Source of the DNA: Thermoplasmata archaeon
GTDB taxonomy: Archaea; Thermoplasmatota; Thermoplasmata; UBA10834
NCBI GenBank assembly: GCA_041550275.1
Contig: JBFEPA010000001.1
Coordinates: forward strand, 1-47,916
DNA: 47,916 bases
Direction of reading: 5' to 3'
This document shows, one piece after another, positions 28,118 to 37,802 of the stretch; position 1 is the stretch's first letter; every line of letters starts with the position of its first letter. A model generated the notes under the pieces. It searched no databases, was not told where the DNA came from, and saw nothing but the letters and a program-made list of their open reading frames with translations. Made by a program: the position numbers and the translations under genes.

Positions 28118-29569
28118 GTGCAAATCAAGGAATCGGTGGGCGGCCAGCTGGAAATACTCTCGCGTGACGACCTGGACAGAATACACGGCGCCACGGTCGA
28201 AATCCTCCAGAGATTGGGCATGAAGATATGGGAGCCAACGGCTCTGAAGCTCTTCAAGGATGCAGGAGCTGATGTCGATGAGAAGACGATGATGGTACGC
28301 ATCCCGGAAAACCTCCTCAAGGAGACCATCCGGAAGGCTCCTCAGGAGTTCAAGCTCTACGGAAGGGATCCGGACTACGTCCTCGACATGGCCGGGAATA
28401 AAGTCCACATCGGTCCTTCTGGTCTTGCAGTGAGGGTGCATGACCTCGATGGCAGGATAAGGCCGGGGACGCTGAAAGATGTCGGGGACCTTGCAAGGCT
28501 CATCGACGCGTTGGATAACATCCACATGAATGTCATGAACGTCACCCCGTCCGACGTCCCGGACGATCTGTATCATCTGTACGTGATCCAGGAGGACTGG
28601 AAGAACTCCGTGAAGACGACCGATGGATACAATTGGACCGCTAGAAAGGCCCAGGAAACCATCGACATGGCGTCGATTCTCAGGGGCGGTACCGAGGAGC
28701 TGATGAAGAAGCCGTGCCTCCTTGGCTACACCAACCCCGTCAGCCCGATGCAGCAGTCCAAAGAACTGATCGAGGGTGCGCTGATCTACGCGAAGTACAT
28801 GCAGCCGATGATCTACGCTCCCGAAGCGCTGGCTGGCGGCACCGCACCAGCGACCCTCGCAGGACTACTTGCGCAGCAGAACGCGGAGGTCCTCTCCGGA
28901 ATCATGATTTCTGAGCTCGCGAACCCGGGGGCCCCTGTGTTCTACGGGACGGTCTCAGCGGCGCTAGACATGAAGACGGGTGCGACAGCCCTGGGGGGGC
29001 CAGAAGTCGGCTTGATAAACATCGCGACAGGTCAGCTGGGCAGGTACTATGGGCTCCCGCGCAGGGGCACGGGTGGCAATTCCGACTCCAAGACACTTGA
29101 CGCTCAGGCGGGGCTGGAGACAGCGACGAACATGCTCATGGCGGGGCTCGCCGGCATGAACTTCATCTACGACGCCTGCGGCTCCCTTGAGGGCAGCATA
29201 ACGACCTCATACGAGAAGCTCGTGATTGACAACGAGATCGCCGGCATGGTAACGAGGATCTTGGACGGCATCGAGGTCACAGAGGAGACGCTCGCGGTCG
29301 ATGAGATCTGCAAGGTTGGGCCGAACGCCAGCTTCATCGGGACGCCCTTCACAGCGAAGCACTTCAGGAAAGAGCACTTCCTCCCGACGCTGCTTGACCG
29401 CAGGTCGATGGACTCGTGGCTGAAGGCCGGTTCGAAAGACATCACCGCGGTCGCGAGGGAGACGGCAAAGAAGATACTGAAGGAGCACGAGCCCGTGCCA
29501 ATGGACAAAGGCGTCACAGCGGAGATAGAGGAGTACGTTAAGAAGGCGTCCAAGACCTACGGTTACTGA
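28118..29569 (+). CDS. MttB-superfamily methyltransferase, non-pyrrolysine (paralog 2)
   Basis: 483 aa from the GTG at 28118, 9 nt after GGAGG; the ORF opens at a TTG at 28094. It is highly similar to paralog 3 along its whole length (EILSRDDLDRIHGATVEILQRLG..). There is no in-frame TAG. Confidence 0.9.
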   Translation: MQIKESVGGQLEILSRDDLDRIHGATVEILQRLGMKIWEPTALKLFKDAGADVDEKTMMVRIPENLLKETIRKAPQEFKLYGRDPDYVLDMAGNKVHIGPSGLAVRVHDLDGRIRPGTLKDVGDLARLIDALDNIHMNVMNVTPSDVPDDLYHLYVIQEDWKNSVKTTDGYNWTARKAQETIDMASILRGGTEELMKKPCLLGYTNPVSPMQQSKELIEGALIYAKYMQPMIYAPEALAGGTAPATLAGLLAQQNAEVLSGIMISELANPGAPVFYGTVSAALDMKTGATALGGPEVGLINIATGQLGRYYGLPRRGTGGNSDSKTLDAQAGLETATNMLMAGLAGMNFIYDACGSLEGSITTSYEKLVIDNEIAGMVTRILDGIEVTEETLAVDEICKVGPNASFIGTPFTAKHFRKEHFLPTLLDRRSMDSWLKAGSKDITAVARETAKKILKEHEPVPMDKGVTAEIEEYVKKASKTYGY

Positions 29570-29752
29570 GACGGGGCACCTACTCCTCCTCTCAGCTTAG
29601 GATTCGAAATCTCGTATGGGGCGTACCGCCGAAGGTGAACGCCAGGGCGACGAAGGCTGATGAAGATCTCGCAGAGCGAGGGCACAGCTCAAGAAGGACG
29701 CAGGCCTACGAGACGGACGACGGGGCTGTGGGCTCGTGATACCAGGCCATTT

Positions 29753-30799
29753 CTAGAGACTGAATCTTGTGAATTCGTTCTCGCACGGCGACCCGTGGGA
29801 TATCCAGAACTCCCTCTTCGAAGGTACGCTGATCCATGAATCGAGGGTAAGCCATCGTTGTTTTGGATCGGAGTCATCTCCTGGGTGGCAACATATCGAG
29901 TGTGGATGGTTCACATGATCGCGGAAGAAGCTCATGCAGGTCTGCAGGTCTATCTCCCCGCAGTTCTCCTTCAACAGCCTGTTCATTCTGTTATGACGAA
30001 CGATGCTGCTGCTGGATTCAGTGTTCTGTCTCGAGTGGAACCTGTCCGACACGAAGTGGTTGGCGTGGCCCAGATACTCCCCGCTGTACAGTACTTCCAC
30101 GTCATTGGGTGTGGCTTCGACAGCATATAACTCCGTGTCATCCGTAATGACGAAGTTGAAGCATCCTGCTCTATCCGCTCTCAGGACGGCGTCCAACGCC
30201 TCCCCCAACGTCTTCTTCTTCAGTATCTCGGCTACGATGATGTAGGTCGGAACTCCGGCAGTCAGCTCCAACCGTGGCACTGTGTTCCAATTGACAGTGA
30301 TGCCCTTGGAGTTCAGCCCTGCACAGGCAAGTATCCCGGGGTTGGTATAATCCAGAATGTCAGGACCGTTATTCCTTCTTACCTTGAATAACAGGCTGAT
30401 CTCTCCGTCCCACCACTCGCTCTCCATCCCGTCCCAAGACTGTCCCGCATATGTCTTTCCGTCTTTGGTCGCTTCGCCCGTGGCGGCAAAGGCCGTGCAT
30501 CGAGAGAAAGCGTCTCTCTCTTCAAGAGCGTTCACCATGACTATCTCGTCATACAGCCGGCCGGATCCATCCGCCATCCCTTTTAGCTCCTCGGCTATTT
30601 CAGGGGAGTAGTTCTGGATGAACGGCCCGTACTTGCGAGCGTGTTTGAGCATCTGATCCTTAGTCAGCCTTCCGCTGAACTCCTTGTAGAATTGCTCCTC
30701 TACCATGCGGGCAATCAAATTCTTGCAGGCCTCGCCGTACCTGTAACCTCTGTCGTATGGCTCGCCACTCAATTCCATAGTGAAGAGACTCTTACCCAT
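29753..30799 (-). CDS. C45-family Ntn peptidase / acyltransferase-like protein (cytoplasmic)
   Basis: 348 aa from the ATG at 30799; an alternative GTG at 30811 overlaps the MttB stop by 4 nt. It contains LSGEPYDRGYRYGEACKNLI and the nucleophile context FSRCTAFAATGEATKDG. No signal peptide is visible. Confidence 0.75.
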   Translation of the reverse strand: MGKSLFTMELSGEPYDRGYRYGEACKNLIARMVEEQFYKEFSGRLTKDQMLKHARKYGPFIQNYSPEIAEELKGMADGSGRLYDEIVMVNALEERDAFSRCTAFAATGEATKDGKTYAGQSWDGMESEWWDGEISLLFKVRRNNGPDILDYTNPGILACAGLNSKGITVNWNTVPRLELTAGVPTYIIVAEILKKKTLGEALDAVLRADRAGCFNFVITDDTELYAVEATPNDVEVLYSGEYLGHANHFVSDRFHSRQNTESSSSIVRHNRMNRLLKENCGEIDLQTCMSFFRDHVNHPHSICCHPGDDSDPKQRWLTLDSWISVPSKREFWISHGSPCENEFTRFSL

Positions 30800-30807
30800 G
30801 ATTATGT

Positions 30808-32259
30808 TCACCCGCCGACGTATCCTTTCGTGATCCTCTTGATGAACCTGTCAATCTCAGCCTGGACGTCTTTCTCGATCGGCTCCACCTTGTGCTCCTT
30901 CAGGATCCATCTAGCTTTCCGTCGAGCTTCCTGAGAGATGTTTCTGCCGCCGGCCCTCAACCAAGCCTCCCAGCTCCTGCGGTCAAACAACGTCGGCAGG
31001 TAGTGCTCAGTCCTGAACGTCTTCCCTGTGCGAGGCGATCCGAGGTAGTTCGTGGAACCGTACTTGCATATCTCGTCGACAGCCAGTGTCTCTTCGCTGA
31101 CATCTATCCCTCTGAGTATCCTCGTTACCATGCCGGCGATCTCGTTGTCTATGACCAGTTTCTCGTAGGAGAAGGTGAGCGTGCCATCGAGCCCGCCGCA
31201 CGCTTCGTAGATGAAGTTCATGCCTGACATCGCCGCCACCAACATTGACATCGCAGTCTCAGCGCCCGCCTGGGCGTCCACGGTCTTGGAGTCGGTGCTC
31301 CCGCCTGTGCCTCTCCTTGGAAGATTGTAGTATCTTCCGAGCTGGCCCGTGGCGATGTTGATCAAACCAACCTCAGGTCCTCCCGAAGCCGTCGTCCCGG
31401 TCTTCATATCCATGGCGGCGGAGACCGTGCCGTAGAGCACGGGTGTTCCAGGGCTGGCGAGCTGGGAGACCATGATTCCCGCGAGCACTTCTGCGTTCTG
31501 CTGGGTTATCAAGCCAGCTAGGGTCGAAGGAGCAGTGGCGCCTGCCAGAGCTTCGGGGGCGAAGATCATCGGTTGCCTGTACTTCGCATACACGAGCGCC
31601 CCCTCGATAAGCTCCTTGGAGAGCTGCATCGGACTGACAGGATTCGTGAATCCCAGCAGTGGCGGTTTCTTCATGAGCTCCTCGTGGCCGCCTCTCAGGA
31701 TGGCCGCCATGTCGATCGTCTCCTGCGCCTTTCTAGCCGTCCACGTGAATCCGTCGGTCGTCTTCACGGAGTTCTTCCAATCCGCGTTTATGCAGTGCAG
31801 GTGATAAACATCATCGGGCACATCGGAAGGAGTGACGGTCAGCAGGATGTGATGTATGTTCTCGAGGTAGTCCGCAATCCTGGCGAGGTTCTCGACATCG
31901 GCCAACGTCCCCAGCCTGACCTTCCCATCCAAGTCCTGGACCCTCACTGCAAAACCCGCAACTCCGAAGTGCACCTTGTTCCCGCTGTAGTCGAGTTCGT
32001 ACTTCGGGTCCCTGCCGTACATCTTGAACTCGGAAGGCGCATTCCGGAGCGTTTCCTTCAGGAGGTTTTCAGGGATCTTGACAGTTCTTGTTTTCCAGTC
32101 AACATCCGCCCCTGCTTGGTCGAAGAGCTCCAGTGCCTTCGGTTCAAGCACCTTTATGCCTAATCGGCGCAAGACCTCCATAGTTGCGCCATGAATCTTG
32201 TCTAGGTCGTCCCTTGAAAGAATCTCGAATGGTCCTCCGACGATCTCATTTGCCCGCAA
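30808..32259 (-). CDS. MttB-superfamily methyltransferase, non-pyrrolysine (paralog 3)
   Basis: 483 aa with a TTG start. FEILSRDDLDKIHGATMEVLRRLGIKVLEP is a close paralog of 28118-29569. There is no in-frame TAG. Confidence 0.9.
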   Translation of the reverse strand: MRANEIVGGPFEILSRDDLDKIHGATMEVLRRLGIKVLEPKALELFDQAGADVDWKTRTVKIPENLLKETLRNAPSEFKMYGRDPKYELDYSGNKVHFGVAGFAVRVQDLDGKVRLGTLADVENLARIADYLENIHHILLTVTPSDVPDDVYHLHCINADWKNSVKTTDGFTWTARKAQETIDMAAILRGGHEELMKKPPLLGFTNPVSPMQLSKELIEGALVYAKYRQPMIFAPEALAGATAPSTLAGLITQQNAEVLAGIMVSQLASPGTPVLYGTVSAAMDMKTGTTASGGPEVGLINIATGQLGRYYNLPRRGTGGSTDSKTVDAQAGAETAMSMLVAAMSGMNFIYEACGGLDGTLTFSYEKLVIDNEIAGMVTRILRGIDVSEETLAVDEICKYGSTNYLGSPRTGKTFRTEHYLPTLFDRRSWEAWLRAGGRNISQEARRKARWILKEHKVEPIEKDVQAEIDRFIKRITKGYVGG

Positions 32260-32489
32260 GGTGCTGCATCCTATGACCCCGAACGGATAGCGGGTCTATG
32301 TATCTAACGCATCAACAAACGGAGTCTCAAGAGCATCTTCAGACGAACACGCAGATTGAATCGCGGGTGCCAGCACTCCTTGTGCCGTGAGTCGCACACT
32401 CCTTCGTTCACCCCATGACCTCGAATGTGCGCACACGCCAGAAGTCATTAAGTAACGAATTCGACAATGAGCCGGATGGTGTCTCGGCA

Positions 32490-33605
32490 ATGATGGCAGA
32501 TAGACTCAGAAAAGTCAGATCGCTCATGGAAGAAGGAGAGTACGAATGTCTATTCATATCGCCCGGGCCAAATCAACGCTACTTGACGGGATTACATTAC
32601 GACTACCCTGGTGATGCTTGGGATACGATCATAACCTGGGATATGATGACAGCGGGAATCATCCCACTTGACGGAGACCCGGTTCTCGTAGTGCCGAGAA
32701 TCAGTGAGGATTGGGTGAGGGAAGTCTCGGAAATCGAAGACATTCGGTGCTATTCTGGTGCGGAGAACCGGAGGGCGATTCTCGGAGATCTGTTGGGCAA
32801 GATGAGGGGAACGCTCGGCACGGAGGATCACCTGCCGTTCAAGATCTACGAACAACTCGCCGCTGTCCTTCCGCAGATCGAGATCAGGAGCGCCTCAGAG
32901 ATGCTGAGCCACGCCAGGCTGGTCAAATCAGAGGAAGAAGTAGAATCCATGCGAAAGGCTGCCGGGATAGTGGAAGAGGGTGTGAAGGTAGGCAGGGAGT
33001 TCATCCGGGAGGCCGTTACAGAAAGGGAGATCTCCATCGAGGTTGAAAGTGCGATGCGGAGACATGGAGCCGAAAGCATATCATACTGTGTTGTTCAGAC
33101 AGGAGCCAAAACAGCTTCTTGGGATCCTCCTTCCGAGAACCGCGTGAAGAAAGGGGATTTGTTCCTGATGGATTTGTCCGCAACATACAACGGCTATCAT
33201 GCAGACATTACACGACCGACTGTCGTCGGAGAACCTAGCGAGAGACAGAAGAAGGTTCACGGGGTAGTCCTAGACGCGCAATTGAAGGCTATAGACGCAA
33301 TCCGGGACGGAGTGAAAGCGGGCGTAGTCAATGATGCGGCGGGGAGAGTATTTGACCAGAGGGGATATGGAGAATACGTCCCCTTCGGGATCGGACATGG
33401 TTTGGGTCTCGAGGCGCACGAAATGCCCCATTTGACAGAGTACAGAGATATGGAAATGGTCCTACAACCAGGAATGGTTATGACCATTGAACCTACAATC
33501 AATCTTCCAGGCGAGTTCGGCATAAGAATAGAAGACGATGTCCTGGTGACAGCCGGGGGGAGAGAGACTCTGACTACCCTTGGAAAGGAGCTTGTTCAGA
33601 TCTGA
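32490..33605 (+). CDS. M24-family metallopeptidase (Xaa-Pro dipeptidase / creatinase-fold)
   Basis: 371 aa from the ATG at 32490. It has a creatinase/prolidase N-domain followed by a pita-bread domain with DLSATYNGYHADITRP, GHGLGLEAHE and IEPTINLPGEFGIRIEDDV. Confidence 0.9.
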   Translation: MMADRLRKVRSLMEEGEYECLFISPGPNQRYLTGLHYDYPGDAWDTIITWDMMTAGIIPLDGDPVLVVPRISEDWVREVSEIEDIRCYSGAENRRAILGDLLGKMRGTLGTEDHLPFKIYEQLAAVLPQIEIRSASEMLSHARLVKSEEEVESMRKAAGIVEEGVKVGREFIREAVTEREISIEVESAMRRHGAESISYCVVQTGAKTASWDPPSENRVKKGDLFLMDLSATYNGYHADITRPTVVGEPSERQKKVHGVVLDAQLKAIDAIRDGVKAGVVNDAAGRVFDQRGYGEYVPFGIGHGLGLEAHEMPHLTEYRDMEMVLQPGMVMTIEPTINLPGEFGIRIEDDVLVTAGGRETLTTLGKELVQI

Positions 33606-33705
33606 GAGCCCCACGTCCACGAACCCGACCTCCCGAATGACGACTCGCTAATGTCCGATGGAATCCGAGAACGCGTTCTTGGACCGGGCTCTCGCACGGT
33701 CTGAC

Positions 33706-34587
33706 CTATCCTATCGATATCAGGATTATGCCCATGACGACGATACTGAGAATCGCCCAATCCAAGCGAGACAGTCTCTCGTTCAGGAATGCGCGCGCCC
33801 CCAATATAGTCACGACCGGGTATGCGGAGATGAGTGGGAACACCATCGACGCTGCACCTCGTGAGACCGCGGCGGTCTCGGCGAAATATGCGAGTTGCCA
33901 CAGCTCCGCCACCACAATAGCACCGATGACTGGCACTGTCCACTTCGGGAAGAGGACGCGCAACGACGCGCCCTTATGGCGAAGGTAGACGAATCCTATA
34001 GGTGGCAGCACGAAGACATAGAGACCTAGGTAGCCGATCAGCGGGAGGCCTTCGAGCGCCATCTTGATGAATATCGCACCCACGCCCCATGAGAGGAACG
34101 TAGCCAGGCTGAGCAGGAGGGAGGACCGGCTGAACCCGGTCACTTCCTCTGTCGATCGGCCGTGGGTGAACGAGAGTGCGGCCATGCTCGCTATGATCAT
34201 CGATATGCCCATGAAGCTCAGTAGGCCGAGCCGCTCCCCGAGGACCGTGATCGCGAGGAGCGCAGTTAGAGCAGGGTACGCCGCGGTTATGCTGCCGACC
34301 ATGCTCACGGCGCCTCTCTCGAGCGCCTCGAGGTAGATGTAGAATCCTCCTCTCGCAGTCGACGCGCCGATTAGACCGTACAGGACGTATTCGAGATGAC
34401 TGAGGTACTCTCCCCACAGAAGGACAGCTCCGACAAAGATGAACACGAATATCGGCAGAGAGACGACGAGGTTGATTGCGACCATCGATTTGGCGTCGAG
34501 GGACCTGACGACGGCCTTCGCTATGATCTGGTCCAAGCCGTATATCAGAAGCGCGCACAGGGCGAGCGCGATAGCATCTTCGATCAT
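33706..34587 (-). CDS. EamA/DMT-family transporter
   Basis: 293 aa with ten hydrophobic segments arranged as two EamA-like halves. Confidence 0.85.
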   Translation of the reverse strand: MIEDAIALALCALLIYGLDQIIAKAVVRSLDAKSMVAINLVVSLPIFVFIFVGAVLLWGEYLSHLEYVLYGLIGASTARGGFYIYLEALERGAVSMVGSITAAYPALTALLAITVLGERLGLLSFMGISMIIASMAALSFTHGRSTEEVTGFSRSSLLLSLATFLSWGVGAIFIKMALEGLPLIGYLGLYVFVLPPIGFVYLRHKGASLRVLFPKWTVPVIGAIVVAELWQLAYFAETAAVSRGAASMVFPLISAYPVVTILGARAFLNERLSRLDWAILSIVVMGIILISIG

Positions 34588-34667
34588 TGACCTCTTGCCA
34601 GCCGCCTCCGGAATCCGCTAGCAGTATAGATAGTCTTGGACAGCGACCGTAGAAACGATTGGGAATG

Positions 34668-34744
34668 GTTCAACTCGGTGTGAAGGTTGCAGGATTGAAT
34701 CCCAGGCAGTCCCAGAAACGAAGCCCCGGCTTCGACCTCCTCGG
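34668..34744 (+). repeat. Intergenic modular repeat, degenerate copy
   Basis: gttcaactcggtgtg..gcaggattgaatcccaggcagtcccag..ccccggcttcgacctcctcgg is collinear with R1 (gctctgattgaaatatagccagtctcccgag..atccggctccctgcacgtcgcacctcgg). Confidence 0.4.
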
Positions 34745-34868
34745 AGTATTCGAAGCGAGTGCGTCTCAGCGCGGGCGGAGCGAGACAACTCATAAGTAAA
34801 GCCCTGTCGATACTTCTACGTCCCATCGGAGGAGGGTGGAGAACGTATTGCAGCCAAGGTGGTCATCG

Positions 34869-36818
34869 ATGAATATGCGTGAGGACGTTGTGAGAGTATC
34901 GTGTTGGGGGATTGCGTGCTTGCTTGGATTGGTCGCCGCGTCGTGCGTTGCGTACCCGGGCAGTTCTGAGACGATAGAGGTCAGCACGGACCTGCCGCCA
35001 TTGGCTGCCGAGCGGTTGGGCGCGGGTGTCGTGTTGGGGGACGACGGCCGCATCTATGTATTCGGAGGATACAGATACAACTACACGAGTTGGGATTCGA
35101 CAACCAACACGGTGATGATCTACAACATCTCGACTGGGGCTACCAGCTATGGAACCTCCATGTCTAACGGGGTAGCATGGCCGTCATGCGCTAAGTTGCC
35201 CGACGGAAGAATCGTGGTGATAGGTGGATACGACTCCACGGTCACGAACGGCACAATGAACGTCCGCATCTACAGTCCGCAGGGCAATTCGTGGACCACG
35301 AACGCCAGCGCCCCTACGAACATCAGCAAGGCCGGTACGGCCCTAGGGAACGACGGCAAGGTCTACGTATTCGGGCCCCAAGGCTCACCGAACAGTACGC
35401 TCATATACGACCCTGTGGGAGATGCTTGGTCCTATGGGGCGGATATGCCCGGCAACAGAGACCGCTACAGCTCCTCTGTGGTGACATATAACGACACGGC
35501 CATCTACGTCATAGGCGGCCATCGCATCGCATGGATCTGGATTCCACCTAGCACGTGGCTTCCCATACCCACCGACACGAACTTCGTCGACATCTACGAC
35601 CCCACCACTGACTCCTGGACCAGCGGGAGCCCCTTGAACACGGCCAAACACTCGGGTGGTGCGGCTATCGCGAAGGACGGATGCATCCACTACTACGGCG
35701 GACAACAATGGATAGGGATATGCTATGACGAGATCGAGACCCTGGACGTCTCCGCATCCGGGGCGAACTGGCAGGTCTCGAATTGCACGATATCCAGGGA
35801 GAAGGCACACTTCGGAACGGTCGCGGATGAGTACGGAAGGGTGTTCCTGGTCGGAGGAATGGAGTTTCCGACCTACAGCGGCGTAGACGAGGTCGAGATG
35901 CTCCTGACGGCCGAGGTCTCAGAGGTCTCTGAGATCATCATCGCGAGCCCAATGGACGGGACGGAGGTGAACGGCACGGTCGAGATCACCGTGGAGGTCA
36001 AGAACCAGCATCAGGCGAGCGTGGTGGTCGTCGATATGTATGTGGATGATGACCTGCTCGAGAGTCAGCTCGGGGGAGGTGCGACCGCGTGGACCTTCCT
36101 CTGGAACGCCTCTGACCTGCCGCTAGACTCCTATCACGACGTGTTGGTGCGGGCGTTCTTCTCCGATGGTTCTGTTTCAGTGGACGAGGCATCGTATGTG
36201 GTGGTCACTGAACTCACGGACGAGGGGATCGATGAGAGACTCTCGCAGATAGAAGACGATCTTGCAGCCGTTCTTGCGAACATCTCCGATCTGGCGTCGA
36301 GCATCGATGCATTGGAGAACCTGACAGGCTCGCTACTTGAGAACGTATCGATACTTCGGGATGACGTCATCTTGATGCGAGATGATATCCAGAGCAACCT
36401 GTCTTCAGTGCAGACCGAGATAGGCGAGATCCAATCGCAGCTCGACGCTCTCGCTGATGCTATGGCAGAACTGGAGTCGTCCACGGCAGCGGACCTGTCA
36501 GGCCTATCGGCGGATGTTACATCCCTATCGGAAGCGCTTGACACCCTGACGGCGACGGTCCTAGACATGCAAGCTGCGCTGGACGCACTTGCACAGCAGC
36601 CAGGATTGGATCTCGACGAGGTCATGGACGATCTCGATTCGATCATGGATGCCGTTGAGGAACTCAACCGCACCGTAGATGAAGTCGACGGATCGGTCGG
36701 CGAGGCTCAGAGTTCAGCTGACAGTGCGAGCACCTACGCGTTGCTCGCAATGATAGTGGCGGTCTTTGTCCTAGCGGCGTTCGCCGTAAGCACGTTGGTG
36801 CTGAGGAAGAAGCCTTAG
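34869..36818 (+). CDS. Surface protein: six-bladed Kelch propeller, Ig-like domain, long coiled-coil stalk, C-terminal TM anchor
   Basis: 649 aa from the ATG at 34869, with a signal peptide. Six blade motifs are present (GRIYVFGGY, GRIVVIGGY, GKVYVFGP, TAIYVIGGH, GCIHYYGGQ, GRVFLVGGM). A heptad-like Leu/Asp/Ser-rich region of about 160 aa spans 36230-36720. The TM helix and RKKP lie at the end. Confidence 0.8.
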   Translation: MNMREDVVRVSCWGIACLLGLVAASCVAYPGSSETIEVSTDLPPLAAERLGAGVVLGDDGRIYVFGGYRYNYTSWDSTTNTVMIYNISTGATSYGTSMSNGVAWPSCAKLPDGRIVVIGGYDSTVTNGTMNVRIYSPQGNSWTTNASAPTNISKAGTALGNDGKVYVFGPQGSPNSTLIYDPVGDAWSYGADMPGNRDRYSSSVVTYNDTAIYVIGGHRIAWIWIPPSTWLPIPTDTNFVDIYDPTTDSWTSGSPLNTAKHSGGAAIAKDGCIHYYGGQQWIGICYDEIETLDVSASGANWQVSNCTISREKAHFGTVADEYGRVFLVGGMEFPTYSGVDEVEMLLTAEVSEVSEIIIASPMDGTEVNGTVEITVEVKNQHQASVVVVDMYVDDDLLESQLGGGATAWTFLWNASDLPLDSYHDVLVRAFFSDGSVSVDEASYVVVTELTDEGIDERLSQIEDDLAAVLANISDLASSIDALENLTGSLLENVSILRDDVILMRDDIQSNLSSVQTEIGEIQSQLDALADAMAELESSTAADLSGLSADVTSLSEALDTLTATVLDMQAALDALAQQPGLDLDEVMDDLDSIMDAVEELNRTVDEVDGSVGEAQSSADSASTYALLAMIVAVFVLAAFAVSTLVLRKKP

Positions 36819-36832
36819 GACTCACGGAAGCC

Positions 36833-36863
36833 CAGGCGTCAGATCGCCTGTTCATTTCATTTG
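36833..36863 (+). terminator. Hairpin caggcg-tcagat-cgcctg followed by ttcatttcatttg, 15 nt after the Kelch gene stop
   Basis: A 6-bp perfect stem (36833-36838 / 36845-36850) and the T-rich tail can be read directly. Confidence 0.4.
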
Positions 36864-36962
36864 CCGATGAGGGCACCGGCCATAGGAGGCGTCTCCGGAT
36901 GAAACCATTTGCTGCAGGCGTGCTTGTCCGGAATGGGGATCTGCACGGCAAGTTATCTCAGT

Positions 36963-37511
36963 CTATGCGAGCAGGCCAGCGGCCTTCAGTTCTTCCGTAA
37001 TCTTGTCGACGGCGATCTCGGCATCCTCCGGCTTTCGGGCGCCAGTGCATACAAGCTTCCCGCTGCCGAACAGAAGCATGACCACCTTCGGCGATTCGAG
37101 ACGGTACACGAGCCCTGGGAACTGCTCCGGCTCGTACTCGACCCTCTCGAGACCGAGGGTGATAGCCGTTGCGTTGAGATTGATCTTCGCTCCGAGGTTG
37201 CTCGTGGCAACGATGTTCTGCACCACGATCTCCGGCTCGTTCTTGATCACAACGCCGGCAGCTTCTATCTGCTTGACCACCTTGCTGACGGCGGTCTTGA
37301 CCTGGTCGAGGCTCTTCGCACCCGTACACACGACCTTCCCGCTCCTGAAAAGCAGCGTCGCCGTCTTCGGTTCTTTCAACCTGTATATCAGACCCGGAAA
37401 CTGCTCGGGCTCGTATTCCGCACCATCAAGTGCAAGCGCGATCGACTGAAGGTCTAACTCCGCCCCGAGGGATGCTGAGGCGACAACGTTCTCTATCTTA
37501 ATCACTGCCAT
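36963..37511 (-). CDS. tbp: TATA-box-binding protein
   Basis: 182 aa from the ATG at 37511. The two direct repeats are IENVVASASLGAELDLQSIAL..EYEPEQFPGLIYRL..LLFRSGKVVCTGAKS and VQNIVATSNLGAKINLNATAI..EYEPEQFPGLVYRL..LLFGSGKLVCTGARK. This is diagnostic of Archaea or Eukarya. Confidence 0.97.
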   Translation of the reverse strand: MAVIKIENVVASASLGAELDLQSIALALDGAEYEPEQFPGLIYRLKEPKTATLLFRSGKVVCTGAKSLDQVKTAVSKVVKQIEAAGVVIKNEPEIVVQNIVATSNLGAKINLNATAITLGLERVEYEPEQFPGLVYRLESPKVVMLLFGSGKLVCTGARKPEDAEIAVDKITEELKAAGLLA

Positions 37512-37546
37512 AGGATCTCCACCGGCCTGACGGTATTCAAATAGGC

Positions 37547-37554
37547 ATTTATAA
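37547..37554 (-). promoter_or_regulatory. Candidate TATA box (TTATAAAT on the minus strand) about 40 nt upstream of the tbp ATG
   Basis: The plus-strand sequence atttataa at 37547-37554 can be read directly. The SD-like GGTGGAG lies between it and the ATG. Confidence 0.5.
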
Positions 37555-37802
37555 GCAAGCCCGTCGTCAGTGATGGAAATCATGCAATCCGAGAAGAGTC
37601 TGAGAAAGGAGTTTTCGTGTCCGCAGTCTACTGAACTCCCTTCTTGAGAGCTGGGACTGTCAGCCGATCCGCATATGAAGCGGTCGTCTCTGATGGAATA
37701 GTCGGATCTGGAGTTGCATGTTACGCTCGTTCGATTGAGGCATCTGATGCTACTAGTGACATCATAGCGAGCACACCACGGTTCATTCCCCGTAGGAGAA
37801 TA

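Noticed and set aside
20618-32259. Pyrrolysine (in-frame TAG) in the MttB-like genes
   Set aside because: All three frames are continuous with no internal amber codon, and no pylTSBCD genes are seen. They belong to the non-Pyl branch.
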